Shown here: piece after piece, positions 50,196 to 60,051 of the stretch
Layout: the number at the start of each line of letters is the position of its first letter
Position numbering within the stretch: position 1 is the stretch's first letter
Assembly (NCBI GenBank): GCA_964394435.1
Contig: CAYMXN010000001.1
Coordinates: forward strand, 170,428-234,427
Direction: 5' to 3'
Origin: an uncultured Candidatus Saccharibacteria bacterium
Lineage (GTDB): Bacteria > Patescibacteriota > Minisyncoccia > UBA6257 > 1-14-0-10-44-23
DNA: 64,000 nucleotides
Notes under the pieces: model-generated
What the model was told of the DNA's origin: nothing
Database searches by the model: none
What the model saw: the letters and a program-made list of their open reading frames with translations, nothing else
Made by a program: the position numbers and the translations under genes

Positions 50196-50872
50196 AAATA
50201 AAAGGGCCCTCCATCTTTTCCTTGCGGATTGGATGAAGGGCCGGGCGGAGCGGGTGCTGTGACGGTCGTACAGCGCATTGGTGTGTCATGACTTCCACCA
50301 GCGGCTATTTCGGATTGGAGCTTTTTTGTTGGTCGCACTTTTTCGCGTTTGTGCGACTTCCCTTATCGGCGCTTGCGCACCGGTTCGGTACTCTCAGGCC
50401 TGCTAATGATCCACCTCGGCGAGAGGACTTTTTCTGTTTCAGATGCTTGCGCACCTAATTGGAAATCATCCTGTGGGCAAAGATGGGACGCAGACCTAGA
50501 CTCTCCTATTCCGTAGTCGGCTTTGTTCTTGCGAACGGGGCTCTCTAGTGGACAGGTTGCGCGTTTTGTTTTTATCCGGGTGGTATTTAGGTCACCTGGG
50601 CAAAACGCAGAGTCTTAGCTCCTACTAAAGTCACGGAGGGTAGCTTCTGGGGCTAGCGGTGAAGCCAGCTTATCCATTCGCTTTTCGGTATCAGGCGCCA
50701 CGTTAGACGCCTAATTCGCCATTCCTGGGGGGCTTTAGCAATTCCTTTTTACGGGTTTCGCCTTGCCTCGCGGAATGTTTCCGTGCTTCCTACCGACGGA
50801 GTATTCGTTCCAAAGGAGGCTTTGAGGGTCGCCTCTGGATACTCCTGCCACAACAGCATCGCTGCCGTCGTA
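50196..50872 (-). ncRNA. Putative large (~675 nt) structured ncRNA
   Basis: TTGACA-N16-TACTAT (50906-50879), GNRA-capped hairpins, terminator 50196-50242, no credible ORF. Confidence 0.65.
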
Positions 50873-50949
50873 GAAGCTATAGTACTCCCCTGCGAAAATA
50901 TGTCAATAGCCCCAACGCGGAGCTGTGGATAACTTAGTTTTATGAAAAG

Positions 50950-52392
50950 CTATGAGTTTTCGTACAAACGCCCGAGTCCTAGTATATCTGCTTCTCTCCA
51001 AGGCTTGCCCATAAGCTGAAATCCGATTGGCAAGCTACCCGCTGGGACACGCGCCGGGATAGAGATCGCCGGAATACCCGCGAGGTTGGCTGGAATAGTA
51101 AAAATATCTGAAAGATACATTGAGAGTGGGTCACTCGCCTTTTCGCCGATCTTAAATGGGACAGTTGGGGTGACTGGAGTAAGAATCGCGTCCACTTCTT
51201 TAAACGCGTTAGTAAAGTCGTCAGTGATATACTCTTTTACTTCGAGCGCTTTCTTGTAGTACGCGTCGTAGTAGCCCGATGAAAGTACAAACGTGCCAAG
51301 CATAATACGTCGTTTAGTTTCCGGACCAAATCCGAGACCCTTCGAGCTCTTATACAGACCGGCGAGATCGTGTTGGCTACGCTCTACACCAGCGACATTG
51401 GCGTACCGAATACCGTCAAAACGCGAGAGGTTGGAGCTCGCTTCGGCTGGTTGAATAATGTAGTAGCAGGAAAGTGCGTACTTGGTGTGCGGGAGGCTGA
51501 TTTGTTTAAACTTCACTCCGAGTTTTTCATAGGTTTTAATAACTTCATCAATCGCTTGGCGCACTGCTGGCTCAATACCGTCGATAAAGTACTCTTTTGG
51601 CAATCCGAGCGTCATCCCCTTTAGTTTTTCAAAGTCGGGTGCGAGCAAGTCTGCGCCATATTGCGTATCAGCCGTCGTATTGTCATATGGGTCCTTACCC
51701 TTAAGTGCATTAAACAAAATAGCAGCGTCTTCTACGGTTTTAGTAAATGGGCCTATTTGATCGAGACTCGAAGAGAGTGCGATTAATCCCGAGCGTGAGG
51801 TTGAGCCGTAGGTCGGCTTGAGTCCAACTACGCCACAGAAAGCGGCTGGCTGACGGATTGAGCCTCCGGTATCTGAACCAAGACTCGCAGTCGCCATATC
51901 AGCGGCAACCGCAGCAGCACTTCCTCCCGAGCTTCCGCCAGGAACGCGTGAAAGGTCGTGTGGGTTTTTAGTCGGCCCGAAAGCGGAGTTTTCAGTCGAA
52001 CTACCCATCGCAAACTCATCGAGATTAGTTTTACCGATAAATACAGCGTTTTCCTCTTTAAGTCGTTTAATCACAAACGCGTCATAAACCGCGGTGTAAT
52101 TTTCGAGCATTTTTGATGACGCGGTTGCTTTTTCACCGGTAATTAAAATATTGTCCTTGATAGCAATCGGAACGCCAGCAAGTGGCGAAATAGTAGTGCC
52201 GCTTGCGATGAGCTCGTCTACTTTTTTGGCTTGCTCAAGTGCAGCCTGATCATTATGCGCAAGATATGCGTGAATATCCCCGTCTTTTGCGTTGATTTGA
52301 GCTATATATGCCTGCGCAACTTCAGTTGCTGTAAACTCTTTTTTTACCAGCCCATCATGAGTTGCTTTGATTGAAAGATGTGTAAGATCCAT
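50950..52392 (-). CDS. gatA: Asp/Glu-tRNA amidotransferase subunit A
   Basis: Amidase signature GGSSGGSAA, GSDTGGSIRQPA, KRRIMLGT. Confidence 0.97.
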   Translation of the reverse strand: MDLTHLSIKATHDGLVKKEFTATEVAQAYIAQINAKDGDIHAYLAHNDQAALEQAKKVDELIASGTTISPLAGVPIAIKDNILITGEKATASSKMLENYTAVYDAFVIKRLKEENAVFIGKTNLDEFAMGSSTENSAFGPTKNPHDLSRVPGGSSGGSAAAVAADMATASLGSDTGGSIRQPAAFCGVVGLKPTYGSTSRSGLIALSSSLDQIGPFTKTVEDAAILFNALKGKDPYDNTTADTQYGADLLAPDFEKLKGMTLGLPKEYFIDGIEPAVRQAIDEVIKTYEKLGVKFKQISLPHTKYALSCYYIIQPAEASSNLSRFDGIRYANVAGVERSQHDLAGLYKSSKGLGFGPETKRRIMLGTFVLSSGYYDAYYKKALEVKEYITDDFTNAFKEVDAILTPVTPTVPFKIGEKASDPLSMYLSDIFTIPANLAGIPAISIPARVPAGSLPIGFQLMGKPWREADILGLGRLYENS

Positions 52393-52393
52393 A

Positions 52394-52687
52394 TTATTCC
52401 TTAAAGATTGGAGGAATTTTTAAAAGCCGGCCCTCTTTTTCGGGGAACTCCTTGATAATCGCTTCTTGATTTACAAAATGATTCGGCTGCGTATCAGCAT
52501 CCTCGCGCAAAAGAACACGTCGAGGACGAGCAGTATTAATTGGCCGAGCTGGCAGCTCAGAGAGCTCATTGAAGTGGTCGAGAATTTTTGAAAAGTCCTT
52601 AATAAACTTTTCTTCTTCATTTGGATTGAGCTCAAGTCGGGCGAGATTTGCTAAACGCTCGAGTTCATTTTTATCAATTGATGCCAT
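52394..52687 (-). CDS. gatC: Asp/Glu-tRNA amidotransferase subunit C
   Basis: LANLARL...LRED...PPI, upstream of gatA. Confidence 0.9.
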   Translation of the reverse strand: MASIDKNELERLANLARLELNPNEEEKFIKDFSKILDHFNELSELPARPINTARPRRVLLREDADTQPNHFVNQEAIIKEFPEKEGRLLKIPPIFKE

Positions 52688-52853
52688 ATTGCTCTAGTAT
52701 ACCTATCTTTCGTTAATTTTCTATATCGATTGACAAATTGTTATTATGTGATACTATCTTGGTTAAGCCCTCCCACTCCTGGGCACCCTTAGATGGGATA
52801 AGAGTGGTTGCGGGGCGCTGAAGGCTGGATCATCCAGCTCGAGGCGCCCTCTT

Positions 52854-54890
52854 TTATTTCATGAAATCTAGAAATTCTTGTTCGTTGAGTATTTTTACAC
52901 CAAGCTGCTCCGCCTTGTCTTTCTTAGAGCCAGCTTCAGCCCCTGCTACAACATAGCTTGTTTTTTTAGAAACAGATTCAGAGATGTCTCCGCCTAAGTC
53001 GCGGATTTTTTGTTTCGCCTCGTCTCTACTCATCGAGGAAAGTGTTCCTGTAAGTACAAACGAAAGACTCTTAAGCTTGGAGCCTTTAGGTTTACTTTGT
53101 GGACTTTCGATGGTAATACCGGCGCGTGAGAGCTTTTCTAGTAATCCAAGATTGCGTTTTTCCTCAAACCAATCATAAATACTTTGCGATACCTTGGGAC
53201 CGATATCCGAAATCTCCTGGAGTTGCTCGAGGGTAATCTGCTTACCCTTTTGAATAAGTTCGTCAATTGAGTGCGCTTGAAAAGCTTGGGCGAGTAAAAT
53301 AGCCGTCTCTTCGCCGACATGCATAATACCGAGACTATACATAAACTTAGCTAGAGGGATCGTTTTTTTGCCGGCAATCTCCTGGACCAGATTTTGTGCG
53401 GACTTTGCGCCAAATCGCTCCAGAACTTCGATTTCTTTCGCCTCAAGGTCGAAAATATCAGCCGCATCATCAATCAAGCCTTCATCTAACAGACGGTCAA
53501 TAATCTTCGGGCCAAGCCCCTCAATATTAAACGCACCCCTACCCACAAAATGATAGAGTTGCTCGCGGTGCCTAGCTCCACACTGCGGATTTGGACAGCG
53601 ATAGATAACGCCATCGCGGACTACCTTGGAACCGTCATATGGACAAATCTCTGGCATCGCAAATGTACGCGCATTTTTTGGGCGTAACTCCGGAAAGACT
53701 TTAATGATTTTCGGAATTACATCTCCGGCACGACTTACCACGACCGTATCACCGATTTTAAGACCAAGCCGCTCAATCTCATCCGCATTGTGCAGTGTTG
53801 AGTGCTTGACAATAACCCCACCAACCTCAACTGGAGTGAGTACGGCGACCGGTGTGAGCGCACCCGTTCGTCCGACTTGTACCACAATATCTTCGACGGT
53901 GGTTGTTTTTTCTTCAGCTGGAAACTTGTAGGCGATTGCGGCACGCGGCGTCTTGCCGATTACTCCTGCCGCTTCAGCGATTACATTGTCATTAATACTT
54001 ACGACAATTCCATCAATTTGATACGGAATTTTGGAACGCTTTTTATTGATTTGCGTGTGAAATGCGAAAACCTCTTCGAGTGAGCTGACGGTTTTACCCT
54101 CGGCGGCGGTTTTAAATCCTAGTTGACGGAGCGCCTGATACTCACCTGCTTTGGTCTTGTACTGCATATCGCTCGTACGCAAAAAATATGCGTGAAAGTC
54201 GAGTTTGCGACTTGCGGCAACTCGTGGATCGAGCTGGCGAATTGATCCGGCGACGAGATTGCGCGGATTAGCATATGGTTTTTCGCCTTTTTTCTCTTGC
54301 TCATTATTAATACGCTCAAACTCTTTTGTGGCAAGAAATGCTTCACCGCGAATAATTGTTTTTTTGGAAATTGGCGCGGCGTTCGATTGAAGATTGAGAG
54401 GAATTGAGTCGATGGTTTTGAGATTTTGCGTAATGTCTTCGCCAAACTCGCCATCGCCACGAGTTGAGCCTTGAATAAGCACTCCATTTTCATATACGAG
54501 CTCAACCGCGAGACCATCCATTTTGAGATCGCAGAAAAAATCCAAGCTTGTGGTTTGCGGCTGATAGTTGATGGATTCTAAATAGTTTAGAAGGCGCTCA
54601 TACCAGTCGCGCATATCCTGTTCGCTAAATGCGTCATTAAGCGAGATCATCCTCGTCTCGTGCCTTACCTTCACAAACTCTTTTAGGGGCTGCCCGCCGA
54701 CGCGCTGCGTTGGGCTATCAGGAGTAATAAGCTCGGGAAATTGCTGCTCTAAGTCAAACAACTCCTTTTTGAGGGAGTCAAGCGCCGCATCAGATATCTC
54801 TTGCTTGTCCAGCACGTGATACTGATAGCGGTGATAATTAATAAGCTCTTTGAGCTTGGTTATGCGCTCCTGGGCAGCTTCTTTATCCAT
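52854..54890 (-). CDS. ligA: NAD-dependent DNA ligase
   Basis: KMDG active site, TRGDG, QVGRTG, zinc finger, BRCT. Confidence 0.97.
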   Translation of the reverse strand: MDKEAAQERITKLKELINYHRYQYHVLDKQEISDAALDSLKKELFDLEQQFPELITPDSPTQRVGGQPLKEFVKVRHETRMISLNDAFSEQDMRDWYERLLNYLESINYQPQTTSLDFFCDLKMDGLAVELVYENGVLIQGSTRGDGEFGEDITQNLKTIDSIPLNLQSNAAPISKKTIIRGEAFLATKEFERINNEQEKKGEKPYANPRNLVAGSIRQLDPRVAASRKLDFHAYFLRTSDMQYKTKAGEYQALRQLGFKTAAEGKTVSSLEEVFAFHTQINKKRSKIPYQIDGIVVSINDNVIAEAAGVIGKTPRAAIAYKFPAEEKTTTVEDIVVQVGRTGALTPVAVLTPVEVGGVIVKHSTLHNADEIERLGLKIGDTVVVSRAGDVIPKIIKVFPELRPKNARTFAMPEICPYDGSKVVRDGVIYRCPNPQCGARHREQLYHFVGRGAFNIEGLGPKIIDRLLDEGLIDDAADIFDLEAKEIEVLERFGAKSAQNLVQEIAGKKTIPLAKFMYSLGIMHVGEETAILLAQAFQAHSIDELIQKGKQITLEQLQEISDIGPKVSQSIYDWFEEKRNLGLLEKLSRAGITIESPQSKPKGSKLKSLSFVLTGTLSSMSRDEAKQKIRDLGGDISESVSKKTSYVVAGAEAGSKKDKAEQLGVKILNEQEFLDFMK

Positions 54891-55003
54891 ACAGCCTATT
54901 TTACCCTACTTCTCACCTCTTTTCGAGTAAAATATTGACAATGATTATTACATATTGTATTTTAATTTAGTTCGAATCAACCTCTTTCAAGGACGCTCTT
55001 TCT

Positions 55004-55330
55004 ATGACATCTCCCGCTCCGTCTCTTCGTTTGGAGCAGAATCTCATCGTCCAGGGTGACCTGACGATGGTTGTCGGAGGTATCCCGGTCATGAGTTTCG
55101 ACGGTGGCCGCGAAGCGGAGACCGTTGTCAACTTTCTGCGCTGCGGCTGTCTGGCAGTTCAGCTGACTGATGATCATTCGGAGGAAGTGCTCGCCCGCGG
55201 CACTGCGAGATTAAAGAAGTATCTTGATGCGTTGGCGATGAGTGGAGAGGAGTTCATCGTTGCGCAACATTCGAATGCTGCGGAGGACAACTATCACGTC
55301 CTCATCGTCACGCGAGTAGCGCAGTCGTAG
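55004..55330 (+). CDS. Small orphan hypothetical protein
   Basis: TTGACA promoter upstream, terminator ~55351-55381. Confidence 0.55.
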   Translation: MTSPAPSLRLEQNLIVQGDLTMVVGGIPVMSFDGGREAETVVNFLRCGCLAVQLTDDHSEEVLARGTARLKKYLDALAMSGEEFIVAQHSNAAEDNYHVLIVTRVAQS

Positions 55331-55378
55331 GACCGAGACCTCTCGCCCCGCCCGCAATCCTAACCGGTTGCGGGATTT

Positions 55379-55768
55379 TTATTGCTGACACGGAATCGTG
55401 TCGGTATATGCGCCGATATTTAAGATAAATGAGCGAAATGTCTTACCGGCTGTGCCGTTACTGTTAATCACTACGTCTTTTGGATCAGCTGGATTGGTTG
55501 CGGTTTCGAGTGAGATTGCGGACTCGGACTGGGTCGCATCGACAAATTCAGGTGCGGGGTGATTACAGTCGTTTTGAAGTAATTGATAGAGACGGTAGTT
55601 AATACCGGTGTCGGCTGCGTAAATCGCTTTGGCAGATTGCGCGGCGTTTCCGGCCTGGCGAATTTGATACAACATCAATACTCCAGCAACGGTAATTGAT
55701 GCTAAAACGACACCCGAGAGTACGAGCGTAGTTATAAGCATTACTTGTCCACGTTGTGAGTTTTTCAT
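55379..55768 (-). CDS. PilX-like minor pilin
   Basis: RGQ + hydrophobic helix, AIYAADTG. Confidence 0.75.
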   Translation of the reverse strand: MKNSQRGQVMLITTLVLSGVVLASITVAGVLMLYQIRQAGNAAQSAKAIYAADTGINYRLYQLLQNDCNHPAPEFVDATQSESAISLETATNPADPKDVVINSNGTAGKTFRSFILNIGAYTDTIPCQQ

Positions 55769-55770
55769 AG

Positions 55771-56280
55771 CTATTGATTAAGCACGAGCGGCGCGACGGT
55801 AGTTTGTAGATTAGTAAATACTTGATCGACATCGCGGGCTTTTGAGCCGACGCGCATTACAATAGTGATCCGCGGAATTTCAAGCGTACTCCCCTCGTCC
55901 TGCTTTACCACGCGAAATCCGAGACGATCTACATATACATTAGTCGCGGTAATTGGCAAAAAGAGACCGTTGTCTTCACGTCGCTCGATTTTCCCATCAT
56001 TGAGCTGATAGCTGATCGCCTGTCCTCGGGCACTTATAAACTCTAATGACTCTGAATCAACCGACTGAAAATCAGTTCCCGTGCGAATCTCACGCGCCAT
56101 TTGTTCGAGCGTTAAGCTCGCGTTATCGTTGATGGCGATGAGTGAGACGATGGCGCGCTGACTCCGGAGCGCACGCACGAAACTCGTACTCGCAATGGCG
56201 ATAATAACCGAAAATACCGTTATTGAAACGAGTAACTCGACAACCGTGAATCCTTTGTTGGTGCGAAGATTGATTTTCAT
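55771..56280 (-). CDS. Prepilin-type minor pilin (PilW-like)
   Basis: KGFTVVELLV N-methylation motif. Confidence 0.85.
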   Translation of the reverse strand: MKINLRTNKGFTVVELLVSITVFSVIIAIASTSFVRALRSQRAIVSLIAINDNASLTLEQMAREIRTGTDFQSVDSESLEFISARGQAISYQLNDGKIERREDNGLFLPITATNVYVDRLGFRVVKQDEGSTLEIPRITIVMRVGSKARDVDQVFTNLQTTVAPLVLNQ

Positions 56281-56285
56281 ACTTC

Positions 56286-56819
56286 TTAGTTACTGCACGC
56301 GGCTGGTGCCGGTCGCCAGTTGTATAAGTGATCTTCGACGTCGATTTGTGTATCTGAACCACTGCGTCCCTTCCAGCGGACCGAAGAGACTACTTGAATT
56401 TCCTGATTTTGATCGCCTAAAGTCGAGATAGCAACGGTTCGATAGTACGGCGTTGCCTCTCCGGATTGGTAGCTATACACGCCGGTATTTACATCAAACT
56501 TCAATGGATCACCCGAAACGCCACCAAGCGAAGCGCTATCGTACTGTACCTCGTGCGCACCATCGGCAATATCTTGATTCCATGCCTCACACTGCTGGAT
56601 GTTTTGGTCAATTAGATTTTTAACTACCTCAATACCCTCGCTCGCAAGATAGGTTGCCGTATATTGCTCGGAAACAACACGATTAAGACTAATTGCGCGG
56701 GCGATTAAATTAAAAATGCTAAAGATAGCCACAATCAAAATCGTAATGGCGATCATCGCCTCGATAAGCATTTGCCCGTGGGTAGCTTTTAATTTAAGGG
56801 TTTGAGCGGAGAACTTCAT
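56286..56819 (-). CDS. Prepilin-type minor pilin (PilV-like)
   Basis: GQMLIEAMIA, A.YLASEGIE. Confidence 0.8.
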   Translation of the reverse strand: MKFSAQTLKLKATHGQMLIEAMIAITILIVAIFSIFNLIARAISLNRVVSEQYTATYLASEGIEVVKNLIDQNIQQCEAWNQDIADGAHEVQYDSASLGGVSGDPLKFDVNTGVYSYQSGEATPYYRTVAISTLGDQNQEIQVVSSVRWKGRSGSDTQIDVEDHLYNWRPAPAACSN

Positions 56820-56840
56820 TATGTATAAGTATAGCGCGAA

Positions 56841-57374
56841 TTACTGCGTAGTTACCTGTCCGGCCGAGTTGATGATAATTGATACTCGATTATCAGTCGT
56901 TGCCCCGAGCTCAAATATCGCATCGCTAGTCGCGCGCTGACCATCGGTATACACACGTGGATCTGGTGGCGTAAATAAAACGTCAGTCGCCCCTCTGCTC
57001 GTAAACTCAACACCCGGCGAAAGCTCAAACTCTTCTAGCTTTTCATCTTCCGAGGTGTACTTCCGATCCGTTGATGCGTCTGAACACTTCGTACCACTAC
57101 TTATCGCGTCTTTATAGAGGAAGTAATGTCGTTCGTCAGTAAATGAGATGCCGTAGCCACAAATCTGCTCATCTTCAGCTTGTATACGTTGGAGCGTCAT
57201 ACTGCGGGCGCGCAGCACGTCGCCAACAAATTTTGCCTGATCTTTATATAGTGCGATTTGCTTATTGCCCGTCTGTGTATAGACCAACAAAAGCGAACTT
57301 AATAACGCGACGATTGCGACCGTAACGAGCATCTCGGTTAGCGTAAAGCCACTTTGTCGATTATTTTTTTTCAT
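56841..57374 (-). CDS. Prepilin-type minor pilin (FimT-like)
   Basis: SGFTLTEMLV motif. Confidence 0.85.
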   Translation of the reverse strand: MKKNNRQSGFTLTEMLVTVAIVALLSSLLLVYTQTGNKQIALYKDQAKFVGDVLRARSMTLQRIQAEDEQICGYGISFTDERHYFLYKDAISSGTKCSDASTDRKYTSEDEKLEEFELSPGVEFTSRGATDVLFTPPDPRVYTDGQRATSDAIFELGATTDNRVSIIINSAGQVTTQ

Positions 57375-57378
57375 TTTA

Positions 57379-58263
57379 TTAAATTAAACTAAAGTACCAG
57401 CGTAAAAATGACTCACCATAAAACAGAGCTAGATACATACCTACAGCTAAAAATGGTCCAAATGGAACACCATCTTTCATTTTTTTAAGGCCAAAAAAGA
57501 GTAAACTTATCGCGAAAAGCGAGCCGACAATAAAAGCAAAACCTAGGCTTAATAGTACATCTGGATAACCAACTAATAAGCCGATAGGGATCGCGATTTT
57601 TAGGTCGCCCATACCCATACCTCGCCCTTTGGTTGCGGTAATTATGAGCGCGAACAGACCAAATCCGATTATCACCGCTACGAGTGAGCTGGTTAACGGA
57701 TTAGCAAAATGACTAAGTGCGGTGCTATATGGACCAGCAAACGAGCCTCCATATCCGAAGATAGTTGGGAACGAGGCTTTGAGTATTACGGTAAGTGCGG
57801 CAAAACTCGCCATAAAAATTGTTATTTGATCCGGCAAAATTGTATATCGAATATCGATAATTGAGGTGACGATAAACGCGTAAGTAATGAGCAGCCAGGC
57901 GCCTACAAATACGTAAAACGGCCAGATTGGACTTCCGACAACCATAAGCTGCTGGATGCTGTAGTAGTTGTAGAAGAAGATACTAACCGCTGCGGTTAAA
58001 AAGCCTGTCAAAAACTCAATTACCGGATACTGCCATGAGATTGAGTGGCGGCAGTGTCGACACTTAGCTCCCTGAACAATAAAGCTAAAAAGTGGCACTA
58101 ACTCGTACCATCGCAATCCTTTTTTGCAGGTCATACACATTGACCGGCCACCGATTTGTCGCACATCTAACAGCGCCTGCTCTGGCTTATAGCGTAATGC
58201 CAATACATTCAAAAAGCTGCCTATAATCAAGCCGGCTACAAAGAGGACGACAAACATATACAT
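57379..58263 (-). CDS. pilD: Prepilin peptidase
   Basis: GSFLNV, two CxxC pairs, GMGDLK, PFGPFL. Confidence 0.95.
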   Translation of the reverse strand: MYMFVVLFVAGLIIGSFLNVLALRYKPEQALLDVRQIGGRSMCMTCKKGLRWYELVPLFSFIVQGAKCRHCRHSISWQYPVIEFLTGFLTAAVSIFFYNYYSIQQLMVVGSPIWPFYVFVGAWLLITYAFIVTSIIDIRYTILPDQITIFMASFAALTVILKASFPTIFGYGGSFAGPYSTALSHFANPLTSSLVAVIIGFGLFALIITATKGRGMGMGDLKIAIPIGLLVGYPDVLLSLGFAFIVGSLFAISLLFFGLKKMKDGVPFGPFLAVGMYLALFYGESFLRWYFSLI

Positions 58264-58293
58264 ATGTTCAGAAATTAGGCGGCTACCGAAACG

Positions 58294-58782
58294 CTAGAAC
58301 TTAATACAATAGGTAAGTCGTGCGGTGCAATCAATTGATGCTCCGTTGTAGTCTGACTCGCCTCCACCGGCGTACGAATCTTTAAGAAGCGGGCTGTTTT
58401 CGTCTTCAAGAGTTGCTGCGAGAATATAGCTCTGCCCTGACTGACTAACGGCATATCGATAGTTGCGCGATGAGTCGTCGGCATAGAGTGGGTCTGAACT
58501 CAAGCTCGTAACGCCAATACCCGAGTCGGCGAGCGCATCTTTTAAGCCCGCCCAGTCACTTGGATCTCCTGCACCACAATCAGCCGCGCCTGGATAGCGT
58601 TGGCAACGTGCATAATACAATTCAAGCCCCTGCTGTACCTGACGTAAATCAGCCGCGCGGCGCGCATCACGACCACGACCGCGAACTGAACCAAGACCGG
58701 AAAGAACCACCGAGGCTAACAGACCGATGATGCCGACGACGATTAAGATTTCGATAAGAGTAAATCCTCCTTTTTTATTCAT
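58294..58782 (-). CDS. Type IV pilin / GspG-like protein
   Basis: GFTLIEILIV, RDARR.ADL. Confidence 0.88.
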   Translation of the reverse strand: MNKKGGFTLIEILIVVGIIGLLASVVLSGLGSVRGRGRDARRAADLRQVQQGLELYYARCQRYPGAADCGAGDPSDWAGLKDALADSGIGVTSLSSDPLYADDSSRNYRYAVSQSGQSYILAATLEDENSPLLKDSYAGGGESDYNGASIDCTARLTYCIKF

Positions 58783-58834
58783 ATTCGCTTATTGGATTAA
58801 TGATCTTTCCTATTGTTTTATTATATCACGACGA

Positions 58835-60043
58835 TTAAAACGCTTGGGCGAGGTTGTAAATCGGGATAAGAATTGAGGCGAACAGCAGGCCGACGAGCGC
58901 GCCCATTACTACCATCAAAATTGGCTGGATTAACTCTACGAGGTTATTTACTACGCTATCAATCTCGCGGGAGTACATTCGAGCGATACGATCAAACATC
59001 TCTTCGAGCTTACCGGTTTTCTCACCAACTGAAACCATTTGCCCAACCATTGGCGGGAAGTACGATAAATCACGCGACAGAGCTACTGAAAGCAGCTCGC
59101 CAGCGCGAATTTGGTCGGCAGACGCACGTAGCGCTTCGGCGTACACCGGACTACCAACCGCACCACCACTAATCTCGATAGCTTCAGCAATTGGAATACC
59201 TCCTTTAATAAGGACACTAATTGACTCTGAAAATCGGGCGATGAATACCTTTTTAAGTAAATTTCCGATAATTGGAATCTTAAATCCAATTTGATTAAAT
59301 ACCGCCTTACCCTCCTCGCTCTTAAAGTAATCGATGAGCAAAATGGTTACGGCGATGAGTGCGACGACAATTACTACCCACCAGGAAGCGACGAACTTAC
59401 CTGCGGCGAGCAATATCTTCGTAATAATCGGCAGTGGTACGTTTGATTCTTCAAAAATTGGAGCGAGCTGCGGGAACACAAAACCGACAAGCACGCCGGC
59501 GACGATGATAAATAGTCCGATTACAAAAACTGGATAGATGAGCGCGTTACGAACACGGCCAATAAGACTTAACTCTTTTTCTAAGAAGTCTGCTAAGAAG
59601 CCCATCACCTCTTCCACGCGTCCGGTAACCTCGGCTGAGCGAATTAAGTTCACATAGAACTCGGAAAAAATATTTGTGTGGCGCTCAAGTGCTTGGGAAA
59701 GTGAAAGACCACCACCAATATCCTGCGAGACTTCGTAAATTACTTCTTTCAAATAAATATTCTTTGTTTGCGCGTACAAATTTTTAAGCGAATCCGTCAT
59801 TGGAATCTTCGCCTCAAGCAGGGTCGCAAACTGACGTGTAAATACCATCAAGTCCTGTCGTTTTACGCGATTGAAAAAGCTTGTAACCGCGCTAAATAAC
59901 TTAGGCGAGTTTACCTCTTCAATACTTAAGATATATAAGTCGTGGCTATTCAGAATATTAAAGGCGGCATTTCGATTGACCGCTTCAACATATCCAACTT
60001 GGAGCTCTCCGGCTTTTGTACGTGCGCTGTAATGGTACTTCAT
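58835..60043 (-). CDS. pilC: Type IV pilus platform protein PilC/GspF
   Basis: FTRQFATLL, ALIYP, GEKTGKL repeats. Confidence 0.93.
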   Translation of the reverse strand: MKYHYSARTKAGELQVGYVEAVNRNAAFNILNSHDLYILSIEEVNSPKLFSAVTSFFNRVKRQDLMVFTRQFATLLEAKIPMTDSLKNLYAQTKNIYLKEVIYEVSQDIGGGLSLSQALERHTNIFSEFYVNLIRSAEVTGRVEEVMGFLADFLEKELSLIGRVRNALIYPVFVIGLFIIVAGVLVGFVFPQLAPIFEESNVPLPIITKILLAAGKFVASWWVVIVVALIAVTILLIDYFKSEEGKAVFNQIGFKIPIIGNLLKKVFIARFSESISVLIKGGIPIAEAIEISGGAVGSPVYAEALRASADQIRAGELLSVALSRDLSYFPPMVGQMVSVGEKTGKLEEMFDRIARMYSREIDSVVNNLVELIQPILMVVMGALVGLLFASILIPIYNLAQAF

Positions 60044-60051
60044 TGGCGTGA

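Noticed and set aside
50420-50440. GAAAAAGTCC on the - strand as a possible RNase P signature
   Set aside because: Differs from GAGGAAAGUCC, is in the wrong position, and the matching 3' ACAGAA..CGGCUUA element was not found
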